Assembly: GCA_951406725.2 (NCBI GenBank)
Contig: OX597830.1
Coordinates: 24,490,001 to 24,554,000 of the forward strand
Direction: 5' to 3'
DNA: 64,000 nt
Origin: Octopus vulgaris
Taxonomy: Eukaryota
Shown: one piece after another, positions 1 to 13,029 of the stretch
Position numbering within the stretch: position 1 is the first letter of the stretch
Layout: each line of letters opens with the position of its first letter
The notes under the pieces: model-generated
The model's database searches: none
Seen by the model: only the letters and a program-made list of their open reading frames with translations
What the model was told of the DNA's origin: nothing
Program-made: the position numbers and the translations under genes

Positions 1-149
1 ATTCGCTTTGAGACGTGGTTGCAAAGTATGTTCATGTAATGTTACAAGCCGTTTCTTACAAATCACTCTTATGTTAACGTATTACATCCAGTAATAAACG
101 CTATGACTTATGAACGTCTGACAAGTTCTTATTTTTCTTGTTTTACGAA

Positions 150-426
150 CAAGATGGCGACCCCTCTTTCTCGCATGCAAGTGTAAAATTGTAGGTCGTC
201 ACATACTGACATCGCTACAGTCTCATGAAGGAAGACAAAATTTACAAATTAAAGTACTTGCAGCATACTTCATAACATTTCTAATACATTACAATATACT
301 ATAAATACTGAAAGTAAATCTCTAAATCCATTTCATGTTATGGTATCTTTGACACCAGGTCAGTCGTCGGTTATTTTGCAGGAACTGTGACGTCATTATG
401 GTAGTGTTTATACCAGTCAGGTACGT
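150..426 (+). promoter_or_regulatory. Promoter-like CpG-richer segment with YY1-like and CRE motifs and a candidate splice donor
   Basis: CAAGATGGCG at 150-159, palindromic TGACGTCA at 388-395, CAG|GTACGT donor at 421. CpG is much more frequent here than in 5.5-16 kb. Confidence 0.45.
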
Positions 427-3400
427 TTGATGTATATTATAGTAGGTAATTTACAATATTTGGCCTTTTTGTTAAATTCTTTTAAAGAACTGGAGAAATT
501 TTAAACAAACAATGCAGAATTGTTGCATGCAAAGTTTACTGATTGAAGCATAGGTAAAATGCTATTGAAACACAAATGTGGAGGCTTCAGGGGTCGATGG
601 GGAAGCTACAGGTTACCCAAGCCTTTTAGCTAGGAAACCCCGTGTTATACATTCATATCTATGTGTATACGTAGGTATACGTGTGTAGAATACATCCCCA
701 CTTTTGGCACTATTTTGTTAGTAAACAGTACGAACTGTCTAAAGTATATATGTAATACTACGCTGAATGTTGATAGTTCGTGTAACATGTAAAGCAAATC
801 AACACGTAAAACAATAACAATGCCTTCATTTGAGTTGTCTATCATCCATCGAGAACGAAACTACACATAACACCCCGTGTCTTCGGAGCTCGAGCTATTT
901 TCCACGAAAATTTGGGGTTGTCTTATACAAATATAGCTCAAAACCCACTTTTTAAATGGAAATCTTGGTGGCCGTCTTGTACACACAGTCGTATATTATG
1001 CACCAGCATATAGGGTATTTAAGAATCTTATTTCGAATCCGACACTCTGAGCATTACCTCAAACAGTCGTAAGGACGCCGGAGTACCCCTCATGCGTCTT
1101 TGCATTTCTGATTTGACATTTCGCTCAGGGGAAACGCCGAAGAAATTAAAATCACGGTAAGGGGATCAACCCTTACGAACGTCTCAAATTCCGTGACTTG
1201 AAAAATGCTGTCAATTGGCGATATTTCTGTCACGGATGCTGTAGCCAGCTTCACCGCAGCATTTAGAATGTGAAGAATCACTTGCTGTAGCCCTCTAAAC
1301 GATACCTATTTCTATCCCAGAAGCAAAGTATTCATATCGGGCTTTTTTAAGGAATCCTACAGGTTCCAGGAATAAAGGAATTCTTTGGTTTAGGCTTGCT
1401 TCAAAATTAAGTTTCTGTCGAGTAAAGAGCCTTGCATATTATCATGGCAGTCTCTGAAGTTTTGCTTGATTAAGTCCGCTACGTATCAGTCTCTCACATA
1501 TGCCGGTACAGATTCTATGAACGATAGATGCTAAGCTCATTTGGGCCAGCGACACAGACCCTTAAAGTAATGAACCACTTCATTTCCGATATATCTAACA
1601 AGTTCGATTTTAGTGCTCAGGTGACCGAAACTTATCAACATTGTAGGCTCGGTGGATAGTGTCTAGCTGACGCATAACATGTTTACTGATATTGATTAGT
1701 TGTCATGGTTTCTTATCAACAAACACCTGAACAGACCGGGAGTTAAATAATACAAACGTGATCGCTTAAAACTTTTACATTCTTATTTGCTCCTTCCTCG
1801 TAAGGGAAGGGAACACTTACCGGGTAGTTGCAAACCGGGGATAGGGAAATATTAAAGCAATAGTTCGTTGCTATTTTCATTGAAATGTTTATTCAATTTC
1901 TTTTTTTTTTTAAGTGAACAATGAAAATCCCGTCACAACATACGTCTGTCGTCTGCATTCCTTTTAACACAGCAGACAATGACAAATGTCGTCCGTTTCT
2001 ACGGAAACCTATGCCTACCGAACTCATTTCGTCCTTTCTTTTTCACACTTTCTTAGTATTTTCACATTTGTTTTCATTATTTAAAAATATTTCAGTACTT
2101 TTAGATCTTCAACTCACGACTTTGTCATAGTTTCCTTATCTAACTAGACTACTTTATACCTTCCATCACTCATCTTCGTCTTCACCTGTTTTCGTTAACT
2201 GGTTTAAATCTGTGACAATTTCTATCGTGAATGACTCAAGTAAAAACAATATAAGCCAACACAGCTGACCGCCCTCGCCACCACTGTCAGCGCTATCACC
2301 ACTCTGAATTATCTCCTGCATTTCAAACGGCCACCACCCGGCCAACCACCAAGGTCACACAACACTTCAGAAGCACCTATACTAACGGGACTTGTTCATT
2401 AACAGCAGTGAAACTTGTGGAGGTAAGCCGAGTCGTCGTTAAGAAGCGGCTGCAAGACTGCCGTTAATATATAACTATCATTGTTGTCTGGTCTCCCTCG
2501 AGACTATGGCTGTATTTTGCTGACTGACAAACACGTGTGAATAGCAGCTTGCCTATTAAACCACTACAGCTACATATGCAGGTGAGACATTATACATACA
2601 TACATGCATGTCTGTGTATATATTTTATTTAACTTGTCTTACAAACGAGTGTTTTTTCTTATAACTTTTTGTGAAGTTAGTCATTCGCTTGACACTGTTT
2701 AACCCTAGGTCAGTTGTCTGAGTAAAGGTATTCTTTTTCGAAGGTATATTTAAAACACCGAATTTTTTTTCATTTCGCGTGAAAGGAATTGGAAATTTAA
2801 CTCCAGTTTCTAGCGACTGTTCGAGGTTCCTTTGTCTCGGCAGCTATGATATATTGTGTATTCATTTTCTAATTACATATTAATACTAATGGACAGCACT
2901 TTCCTTGCAGTCTAAGACATCGTGCCTAAGACAACCATTTTCTGTTATAGGAACATAAACAACCACCGTAATAACGTTCTCACCCACCTTCCTACATATT
3001 GAATTTCCTAACTCCGACAAATTACAACTTTAATTATCTGAATTGTGTGTATTTGTATGCGTTTGTTCTGTGAACCGCTAAATAAATACCATTAAATTAT
3101 GCGTCCCAAATTTTAAACCACCACCAACCACCTGTGGCTTGTGGGTGAAGCCTTTTTTTAGTCGACTTCATTCGTGAACATTTAGCCCCAAATTCTGAAA
3201 TCTTAGAGTATAAACGAAATATCTGCGACACTAAGCTATTTACAAAATTAAAATTAAGCTATTGAACTTTTCTTTGGCGATTAATGTTCCACATCTTCCA
3301 TCTCGGTGTTTGTTTTTTACCCACGAGGAGAAGAGTTAATCTCTTAATTTATAAATAATGCTAAAGTTTTAGTCCCACCACTACCACTGTTTTTAAACGT

Positions 3401-3639
3401 CATTCAGTTAATGCAAGTCCTAGGTATTGTTATATTTCCCATTTATCGATAGTGTCCTGTTATCACCATTAGTGACAGATGTCTGCTGTTGTCTAACGGA
3501 ATATTTTTCTTTCATAAGTTAGGAATTTCCTGTAACTCTTAATGTCCATCGAAGCAGTTGCAAGTTAAAATATACATGGATATAAGGTGTATGTATGCAT
3601 GTATACATAAATACATGCATGTAAACATATATATACATT

Positions 3640-3670
3640 CCTACATATTTATATATAGGGATAGATAAAC

Positions 3671-3713
<43 letters not shown>

Positions 3714-3786
3714 ATAGATATAGGTGTGTATATATATATATATATATATAGGTATATATATATATATATATATAAGGTATGTATAG

Positions 3787-3827
<41 letters not shown>

Positions 3828-4068
3828 ATGTATATATATATATATAGGGCGGTGTGTGTATATACATACACACACACAGATAAGGTATATATACACATAC
3901 ACACACAGAAGGTATATATAGGGATAGATAAGGTGTATATATATATATACACATACACACACATAAGGTATATATAGGGATAGATAAGGTGTGTGTGTGT
4001 GTGTGTGTATATAGATAAGGGGATATGAATATGGGAATGGACAAGGTATGTGTATTCACACAAAGATA

Positions 4069-4124
<56 letters not shown>

Positions 4125-4150
4125 GTCCGTCCGTCCGTCCGTCCGTCCGT
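3640..4150. repeat. Compound microsatellite (TA)n/(TG)n/(GTCC)n with GGGATAGATAAGG spacers
   Basis: Directly visible; explains the low-complexity YI/HT/CV ORFs. Confidence 0.95.
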
Positions 4151-4365
4151 CCTCGTTTAACGCCCGTTTTCCATAACTTGGGTGGGACAGTTCGACTGGG
4201 GTTTTGGAAGCAAGGCGGCTGCACCAGGCTCCAGTTTGATCTGGCAGTGCTTCTACAGCCGGATGCCCTTCCTCACACCAACCTCTCCGTGAGTGTAGTG
4301 GGTGTTTTTTGCATTCCACTGGCACAGGGACCAGAGGGGGCTGGCATCGACCACATTCGGATGGT
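4151..4365 (-). mobile_element. RTE-type LINE/SINE 3' tail
   Basis: Reverse complement reads GGTTGGTGTGAGGAAGGGCATCCGGCTGTAGAA...GGAAAACGGGCGTTAAACGA, homologous to the + strand tail at 61390-61525 that follows an RTE RT remnant. Confidence 0.7.
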
Positions 4366-5599
4366 GAGATATATATATATATCGGAGGTATAAGGGTGTG
4401 TGTGTGTGTATACACATATATATAATGTAAATAAAAGAAAATGGGAAATTTTCTATACAGAGCAAAACTTTTGTTAGTGCTCATTAGAGCTAAAAGAATA
4501 TAAAGTAATCTGTTTCAATGAAAAGGCACCTTTCGAGATATTAATCAAAACACATTTTCCTCAATATATTTCTCGAAAAACACAACCTGCACACGAAATA
4601 TACAATATAATATATAGATATTAAAATTTATAAAAATATGTAACAATATACAAAATATTCATACGAGATCGTCTGAATCCGTTCTGAAAAACAATTCAGA
4701 TATTAAATCAGTTAATGCATTACAAAATCGTAAATATTAAAATATGAATGGGTAGCTAGGAAAGGTAATATCTAAGTCCATAGATTGAATTCGAATATAT
4801 CCTATGGCCGTTTCAGGAAAGCTATTTCAGAATCGGTGAAGAATTTGTACCCATCTCGAGTATATACATTTCCTTTATCAGGGAAAAGTTTAAAATTATT
4901 TGATATATAGAAAAACTTCATACTTGGACCATATATTCCATGTTGTGACATTTTTTCATATTTTAAAATGAAGTTTAATAAACTCCAAATCTTACACAAT
5001 GATTCATTTACAGCTATTCCAAAATACATTGGGGATAAAAGGTCAGAATTTAGGTTTTGGTTGCACTCACCGTCGCCAGAACGTGGGTTCGCTTCCCGAA
5101 CGCGAAATCTCTTTGGCGGTGCTCCAGCATGGCCGCAGTCAAATGACTGAAACCAGTAAAAGAGTATAGGTTGGCTATATTTTGAGAAAAAAGGAGGAAA
5201 ATAACTGTTTACAAAATTTTAGAGCATCCGAAATCTTAATCTTCTACTCGTATGAAGTATATTTATCGATTCTTCAGCGCATAATCTACTTATTCTAGTG
5301 TTATATGGAATGGTTTGAGTAATTATTAACCATTATAGTTTTAATTATTTTGCACTTTTATCTCTCTGGCTAGTGCTGTCGAATTTTTTGTGCTTGGGTT
5401 TGTAAAAGAACTTTTATGCCCACTCCCTATTGAGATTTTCTTGGTTTTTTGAGGTATTTCACATTTCTAAACTGCTTTTCTCAGACCTGACCCTTTTAAC
5501 AGGCAAGGTTCTTTAATTAAAGCATGTTTTTTTTTCTTTTTTTTATATATTCAATTTACTATCAGTTTCTCTATATTTAGAGCTGATCTCTTTCGGGTC

Positions 5600-5965
5600 T
5601 AAGTTCTAGGAGTCCATTAGTAGTAAGTTTCCCCATTTTATCCAATAATGCATGAAGGTTGGGAGTTTTAGAAATAATGTCCGATAATTCTTTTTTGAAT
5701 AGTTTGGTTTTTAAAAATTAAATTTCAGTTTCTTTGTGTTGATTTGATCCTTTTCAAAGTTTAATGCAGGATTATGGGGAGGGTTTCAGTACAATTTCAA
5801 ATTGTAATTATCCAGTCCATCATTCTTCTCTACATTCTTCCTTTTCAGGTCATAATAGAATGCTCTTCATCTCATCCTTTTAATAAACTCACTGATCCTT
5901 TGCAATAATACCATGTAGCCATTCTTAGATGGAATTGGGATGTTTTTTATTGACAAGCCAAGGAT
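5600..5965 (-). mobile_element. Penelope-like element N-terminal ORF remnant
   Basis: Minus-strand translation GLSIKNIPIPSKNGYMVLLQRISEFIKRMR*RAFYY resembles the S.KNIP.PS...F.KRMRW.A N-terminus of invertebrate PLE ORFs; in-frame stops. Confidence 0.6.
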
Positions 5966-7844
5966 TTGCCTTTCCATTTGTTCTGTATGAAGTGCTCAAT
6001 CTGAGCAAGTTATAAAAGAAAATAGGAAATGAATTTCCTATACAGAATAAGTTATCAGTCATTAAAATAGAGCTTAATGATTAAGTTTAGCTCAGCATGA
6101 CTAGCATTTAGGTTGCAAGATTAAGGGTCCTGTTACAGCAACATCTGTCCCCTACAGACATCAGCTCCCATTCAGTGCAATGGAGATGCGGAATTCATCA
6201 AGACTGAGTGGACCTCCAATGTTGGCCTTAGGCAGGGCTTCAGTCCAATCCCCTTTAAATTTTGCACTAGCAGAAAGGTAACACTTTGAAAAATGATTGG
6301 ATTGATCAAGGAGAGTTGAAAGTGGCACCTGAATGCAGATTGTCCCATAATCTCTGCCCCTGTATCTTGAACCGGAACTGACAAATTTAGCTCTCTCGAC
6401 TGTAGCAGAGCTTCATCCATCTCCCTGTTGGAATTCGTCCATGTTGGAGAAGATGTTGTCTACTAAAGGGGAGCAAGCATGGATGGAGGGAAGAGATAGA
6501 GGAACACTTGTGCAAACTTAGGCCTGCAAACTGTTTGGGCAAAGCTGCCTGATCATGGGTCTTTGGGGAGTCTGACATTAACCAGTCGTTAGTTTTTAGA
6601 AGATTAGGTTATCAAAGCATTGGAGAGATAACAATCTGTAAAAGGGACTCTGAAAAATTGCAATAACTTAAGAATCAACAAATAATTCCAAATATAAAAA
6701 AAAAACCTTGGTGGGCTTCAGTTATCACAATATTTTAAGTTATTCAAGGTTAGCCATTCTGGATTGAAAGATGGACTTGAAAGCTCAGTAATTGGGGCTC
6801 CAACCGGTTGGTCTTCAGTAACTTATGATCTAATCTTCACTACCCTATTTATCTTTGCCTTTATCTAAGACTACATTGTCCAATGGGATTTTCCTTTTAA
6901 AAGCTGTAAGGTGTAATTTGAGAGACATTTAAGTTATTTCTAGCAAGTCATGTGACTACATAGGAGCTGGGCAATTCGTTCATGAAAAGTAAATGTCATT
7001 ATGTTGTAGCATACAAAGCCAAGGTGAACCATTTTTAGTAACTAAAGTATCATCACTTTATTTTTAATTTCTCAAATGTTTAGTTTTCAAAATTATCATG
7101 AAAATCTTCATCAGTGCACAAATCTTCAAAAAAAATTCCATTCTGGTTTCTAAAATCCAAAGATAACTTGAAGGTTTGTTCCACTCCAGAAAGTATTTAA
7201 CCTTCGAGAGTAAAAGGCATACATGTCGCACACAACCAGTCTTGTCACACCCTTTAAAATGAATGACTTCTTTCTGACCGTCTTATTTCATAGTTATTTT
7301 GTCAAATATTTTATCACATCACTCAGATGAGTTTAAGCTTTGCTACATTGAGATTAAAACCATATTCATCACAGAAATCAATGATACCCATTTTTCTCCC
7401 CCTTTTTTTTTCTTGGGATTTTTTGTGTGAATGTTGTGTATCATTAATTTACATGATATAGCTTCTCCCCTCTGGATTAATGTGTGAAGATTTTCTATTG
7501 TCTACAATAATTCAATTTGGCCCCCTAATATTTGGGGACAGTTTCAGTCTTAACTGAAAAGACACCAAATTTGCATCTTGCATTTATACCTCTTTCAAAA
7601 ATAAATTGCACAAACTAGAACTACATGCCTCCCTAAGTGGAGATAGTTGATTAAATGAAACTTTAAGGTGAATGTCATGGCTTGATTGTCACTTAAGAAA
7701 TTTTGCAATGTTGGCATTTGAGGAGATTCACTCCATGCAGTTGTTCTTTTGCTCTGTGACTTAACCATGCTTTATTTAAGCCTTCAAGGCTTTATTCAGT
7801 AAGCTGTCTGCACCCAGAGAGGTTTTATTTTAAATAGTATAATC

Positions 7845-8065
7845 CTTTTCACTTTAGGCACAAGGTCTGAAATTTGGAGGCAGCAGGGGGTAGTCGATTA
7901 CATCGATCCCAGTGCATAACTGGTACTTATTTAATCGACCCCTTCCCCCCAAAGGATGAAAGCCAAAGTGGACCCCAGTGGAATTTGAACTCTGAACATA
8001 GCGGCAGATGAAATACCGCTAAGCATTTCGCCTGGCATTCTAACAGCACAGCCAACTCACCACCT
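7845..8065 (-). mobile_element. tRNA-derived SINE, type A
   Basis: Reverse complement matches the GAGTTCAAATTCC..GGTCGACTTTGCCTTTCATCC..GGGGTCGAT.AATTAAGTACCAG core seen at 44765-44982. Confidence 0.85.
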
Positions 8066-8117
8066 TTGTTTAAAATAGTGTACTGAAACAATACATATGA
8101 TCAATATCAAACAAGAG

Positions 8118-8320
8118 GGTGGCAAGCTAGCAGAACTGTTAGCATGCTGAGCAAAATGCTCAGCAGCATTTTCTGTTCTAAGTTCAAATTCTGCTGAGGT
8201 TGACTTCGCCTTCCATTATTTTGGGCTCAATGAAATAAGTACCCGTTGATCTCTGGGGATGATGTAACCAATGTAACTTCTCTGAAATTGCTGGCCTTGT
8301 GCCAAAATTTGAAACCAATA
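8118..8320 (+). mobile_element. tRNA-derived SINE, type A (diverged)
   Basis: GGTGGCAAGCTAGCAGAA...GTTCAAATTCTGCTGAGGTTGACTTCGCCTTCC...GGCCTTGTGCCAAAA. Confidence 0.8.
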
Positions 8321-8342
8321 TTAAAGTAAATGCTGTTCAAAT

Positions 8343-8640
8343 AGGTACATGCATGGTTCTGTGGTAAGAGGTTTCCTTCCTAATTGCATGGTTTCTGGTT
8401 CAGTCCCTACTGTGGTACATAACCCTGGACTGCCTGAAACCTTATGGTTGGGTTTGGTAGGCAAACTGAAAGTGTATGTGTTTGTCCCCAAACTCTTGAG
8501 GACTGTTTTGTTTACATCTCTGATTTTGGCAAGACATCGATAGCACCAGGTTTAAAATTAGTGAGGTTGATTTTTGTTCAGTTCCCTTCAAGGTGGTGCC
8601 CCAGCATGGCCACAGTCCAATGAGCAAAATGAGATAAGAT
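8343..8640 (+). mobile_element. tRNA-derived SINE, type B
   Basis: TGTGGTAAG..GGTTCAGTCCC head, TTTGGTAGGCAAACTGAAAG body, GGTGGTGCCCCAGCATGGCCACAGTC tail. Confidence 0.75.
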
Positions 8641-8819
8641 GCTAAGTTGGTCTTCCTGAACCATTGTTACCCACCTTCTTTCTTCCCTTTTTCAAGGAGG
8701 CTTTCTCCTCTGTCTCCATCTCTCTCTTGAATGAGGTGGGGACGCTCCTTTGACCAACTGCTCCAAGACCCTACTCTGATCCTGGGGACAGTTTTTATAT
8801 GCCCTAGAAATAGTGTGAG

Positions 8820-9030
8820 ACAGGGTATCGTTGCTGAGTCTGATGTCTCTGTTCTGCGAACCAGTCAGCCAAGCGGTGTCCCGTTTTGATCAATATATAG
8901 AGGACAGAGCAGGAGATGCAGTAGATGACATTGCTAGAAGTGCAGGTGAAGGAGTCTGTGATATGATAGGGTCGATGATGGGTGCCTGTGAGGAGGGTGG
9001 TGTTGGAGAGGTAAGGGCAAGTGCAACATA
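8820..9030 (-). mobile_element. Penelope-like GIY-YIG endonuclease fragment
   Basis: Closely similar to 56870-57085; minus strand encodes a ...YIDQNG.RLADWFAE.. region. Confidence 0.75.
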
Positions 9031-10239
9031 CTGGTATACTTCAAATGAATGAAATGGTGATGTAATCAAATGGGCGAGAAAAATCTAAGAATTAGGTACT
9101 CCAACAGGATTGGGCTTGTCCATGTAAGCATGCAGTAAATAGTCAATTCAAATAATTAAAAAACAAAAAAAAAACAAATGTAAGGACATGTGCAAGAAAT
9201 ATATTTGACGCTTGGTGAAGGAAAGGTTAACATTTTGAGCAGAGCTCTTTATCAGAAACAGGAAAGTCTAAAGAGAAAGAAGGGACAATAGAAAATTGCC
9301 AACAGTATACAATAGCTTTTGCAAGGGCATTTTTCATGATCTTTATCATAGCAAGAGTTGTAAATGAAAATGTTGTGGCTTTTTTAACTAACGGTCATGA
9401 AATAATGTTACCATTTTCATCCTTTGTTGCAAGGACTCATGCCAGAAGCTAACACAAAATTGGCAACTTTGTATGTAGGTTGATTTCTTCACGATAGCAT
9501 CATGATCATTGCTCACAGAGTTTACAAGTATTTTCTGCAGTTTCAGACAGGAAATTGAGAGGGTGCCAAGATCACTTGAATTTTTGCAGGTTTCTAACTT
9601 CCAGATAACTTCAATTTCCTGTTACAAATTCAATGAAGAGTTCACAAGGAATCTGGTCAGAATATCTTAACTAGTTGAATCTCTAATGAAGGTACACTGC
9701 TGTGTAATTAGGTTGTTATTCGATGAATGATCTTTAGCATCATGGATTCAGTTCCCAGACCAGGAAGTACATTGTGCTCTTGAACAAGGCACTTCATGTT
9801 CCTCTAGTCTTCTCAGCTAAAAATGAGTATCAACTGACTGCTGGTGCAGTTGTTTCTCCTTTCACTCGGCACATTCTCAATGTGCCACTGGGTCAAATAA
9901 GGAAAGCCCAACATACACTGCTTACTATATAGGCACCTAAATCAAGCTGCTTACAACTACGTAGGCCCCTAAAACAGTTAGTGAAAGCCTTATACATTCA
10001 TACTTGTTTGTTGATGACGATTCTGTGTTCCTCTCCATTGCTTACAGGTTGTTACAGCCTGAACAATATAATGGCTGGTAATGCTATGTAAGACTGTAAC
10101 ATAAGATATCACCTGATTTTTTTTTTTTCTTTTATGACTATAACTGGAAGCTGCAAAAGATTGTTCTGCTGTTTAATGAAGATTCACTCAAGGGTAACTT
10201 CATTTGTGTCACCTGCTCTCAGCAGCTTGACTACCAAGG

Positions 10240-10560
10240 ATTGCCATTTGGGTCTTTTCTCTGCCATTCTTACATTCACTGCATGGTAGTTTAGACCAGT
10301 CCTTGGTGTTATCAAACCAGTTTGTTCTAGGTCTTCCCCTTGGGAATTTTCCATTTATCTTTCCTATTAGTCTTTGTATGTGACTAAAATATTTTAGCTT
10401 TTTGTTTTGAAAAAGTTGACTAATCTTGCTAGGTGTAGTATTTAGTTTAGCTTTGACTAAGATATTAACATTCTTCTATATGTCCATATTTCAAAAGCAT
10501 TTTTTGTCAGTTTCCATCAATGTTCCTGTATCTGCATCATATAATCGGTAACTGTTACAG
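10240..10560 (-). mobile_element. RTE-like LINE C-terminal remnant
   Basis: Minus strand encodes a GKINGKFPRGRPR-type motif typical of RTE C-termini. Confidence 0.5.
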
Positions 10561-11724
10561 TATGAAGGGTAACTATTACAATATTAACCTGTTAACTGCC
10601 ACATATACCACTGGTGATTCATCACGAGCTTCACACAGCTGCCATGTGCATAACTGGTACAGTTTCAGAGAAAATATTTTACTTTGTATCTTTGTCATGG
10701 TTTTGGAGATATTTATATAACATAAGTGCTAAATATTTATATGAAAACTAAAAAGGCAAAAAATTTCTTTGTAATTAAACTGTATGAAATGACCAGAAAT
10801 ACAGTACCATCAGCAGGGTTGGTGTTAGGAAGTGCAGGGGCCCTATTAGAGAATTGCCAGCAAAGAGGTGGTTGCTGAAGTTATTTTATACTTCATGCAA
10901 TACACCAATCTCAGCCAAAAAGCTGATTTATTATTATCCACAAGGGGCTATACACAGAATGGGACAAACAAGACAATCATAAACTTGGGAACTTAAAATA
11001 CAAAAAGATGAATAAGACGAAAAAATTAAAGAAAACTAATGAAAATATGAAAAGATATAAATGAGGCGCAATGCCTACTCTACCCCTGAAGTTGAGTGGT
11101 TACATTTCGACAATTTTTCCTTATTCATAAATGAATTTCACAAAAATTACAATTGAATTTTTCTTTTTAGTCTCTTTTAGTCTCTCATAGTCCATTATGG
11201 TAGGTGGGCTTTCATGTAGTCTCAGCCAAAAAGCATCGAGGACTTGAGGCTCCACCATTAGCCACAATGACACTACAAATTCATCATAGCATCCTCTGCT
11301 GAAACATGTACATGGGCCTTTTCTTGACATGGCCAAATTTGAACAAATCTGTATAATTGGCTTAAAACCAGTCCTAGTTACCATGTTAATGTGTTAAAGT
11401 TGATAAATCTGCATTTGTCTTAGGATTGTTAGCAAGATGAATTTAAGCAGTGAGTCTTTGTTGATATGAGCATAGTGTGAATTCAATAGTAATCTAAAGT
11501 GCCATCACCTCATAGTCATAAAGCTGAAGAAATTTCTTAATTCTATTTTTTTTATTTATAGCTTTTGCTGAATAGAAGGTTGTAATAAGAAACTGAAAAG
11601 CAATTTGTGAATAGTCAATAGCAAGGTGTTGTTTGTTGCTGTTTGTCACGAAATTTATTTACATATTGAGGTTAGCTAAACGAACTACGCATATCTTGTT
11701 TTCTCTTGTTTGAGAAATATGACT

Positions 11725-12220
11725 GTACCTAAGAAGCTTGCCTTGTAACTATTTGCTTTCAGGTTTGATCCCACCGTGTAGTACTTTGGCCAAGTGTCCT
11801 CTGTAGCCTCTGGCCTTCCACTACCTTATAGATTGAATTTAGTTGACAGAAACTGTGGAAGCCTGTCTGTGTCTTTGTGGGTCTCCCCCAACCACTACTG
11901 TCACTTGCTGAAACATTAGCATGCCAGGCGAAATGTGTAGCTGTATTTCGTCTGCTGTTACATTCTGATTTCAAATTCTGAGGTCGACTTTGGCTTTCAT
12001 CCTTTCAGGGTCAATAAATTAAGTACCAGTCACGCACTAGGGTCGATGTTATCGATTTAATCAGTTTGTCTGTCCTTGTTTGTCTCCTGTGTTTAGCCCC
12101 TTGTGGGTAGTAAAGAAATAGGTAGTGCTGGTTTGTTTGTGTTCCTGTAACTTAGCAGTTTGGCAGCACTTAAATTGACCCTGGTTCTAATTTTCTTTAT
12201 ACTAAACTTTTCAAAGTCAC
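11725..12220 (+). mobile_element. Nested SINEs: type A (about 11900-12122) inserted in type B
   Basis: Type B head and body are interrupted by GAGGTCGACTTTGGCTTTCATCC...GCCCCTTGTGGGTAGTAAAGAAATA; type B resumes with GCTGGTTTGTTTG..GTAACTTAGCAGTTTGGCA. Confidence 0.75.
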
Positions 12221-12439
12221 TGTCCAATGATAGAAATGATATAAAAGATAAACAACCAAGTTAACAAACTTGAATTGTTATAATGGGCAACAAATGTCTT
12301 CAGAAACCATTTTCTTTTCTCTTTGAATGATACTATTGTACAAAATGCACTCAAAATATCTGACATTTGGGTGTAAAGAAAAAAAACAATTTTGTAGATT
12401 TCGTAAATTTTAATTACCTTCAAAATACTCCCTTTGGAG

Positions 12440-12690
12440 TTTACACTTCTCCCACTAGTAGTGCTACTGCTGGTAATGTGTCTGGAATGACATGGAGTGC
12501 TGCTGTTGCTTTTCTGAGTTTCCTCTCATGACCCATCGTTTCCCCATTCAGTATGGCTTTCAGCTTGGGGAAGAGGCAAGTCGCACAATTGTCAAGCTGG
12601 GAGAGAAGGGACCCTGTCAAACAAGTGGGGTGTTCTTGACCAAGAAAACGTGTTGTGGTTGGTTTGAGCAGACTGAAGTTGTCAATTTTT
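12440..12690 (-). mobile_element. mariner transposase C-terminal remnant
   Basis: ORF 12441..12782 contains ...SQLDNCATCLFPKLKAILNG, a decayed YSPDLAP.DF.LFPKLK motif. Confidence 0.6.
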
Positions 12691-13029
12691 TGCTGCCTGC
12701 ATGCCTGGCTGCTTTCAACGCACAGCATCCTGTTGCCTGCATGCCTGGCTGCTTTCAACACACAGCATCGTCTTGCCCGCATGCCTGGCTGCTTTCAGCA
12801 CACTGCATCATTTGCCACTTGGAATGACCTGGTCGAGTATCAAGGACATATACTGGATCTTCCCACCTGTACCTTGGTATACTTAATTAATTTCAAATGT
12901 TTAACATTTCTGGGTTTCATATCTAAAATACTATGAACTTTTCTCTGAAACAGTTCTGCTGGTGATTTGCCCCAGGTGCAGCAGCATTTAATGTTCTGTA
13001 ATTCATTAGTTGCAAATTTTCTTATAGCT

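Noticed and set aside
1985-2040. GGACGAAA on the minus strand as a hammerhead half
   Set aside because: No CTGANGA core upstream.
3519-4484. Long YI/HT/CV-rich ORFs
   Set aside because: Translations of dinucleotide microsatellites.
10048-10090. Possible micro-exon with ATGGCTG|GTAATG
   Set aside because: Splice signals alone are insufficient and no downstream coding exons could be linked.
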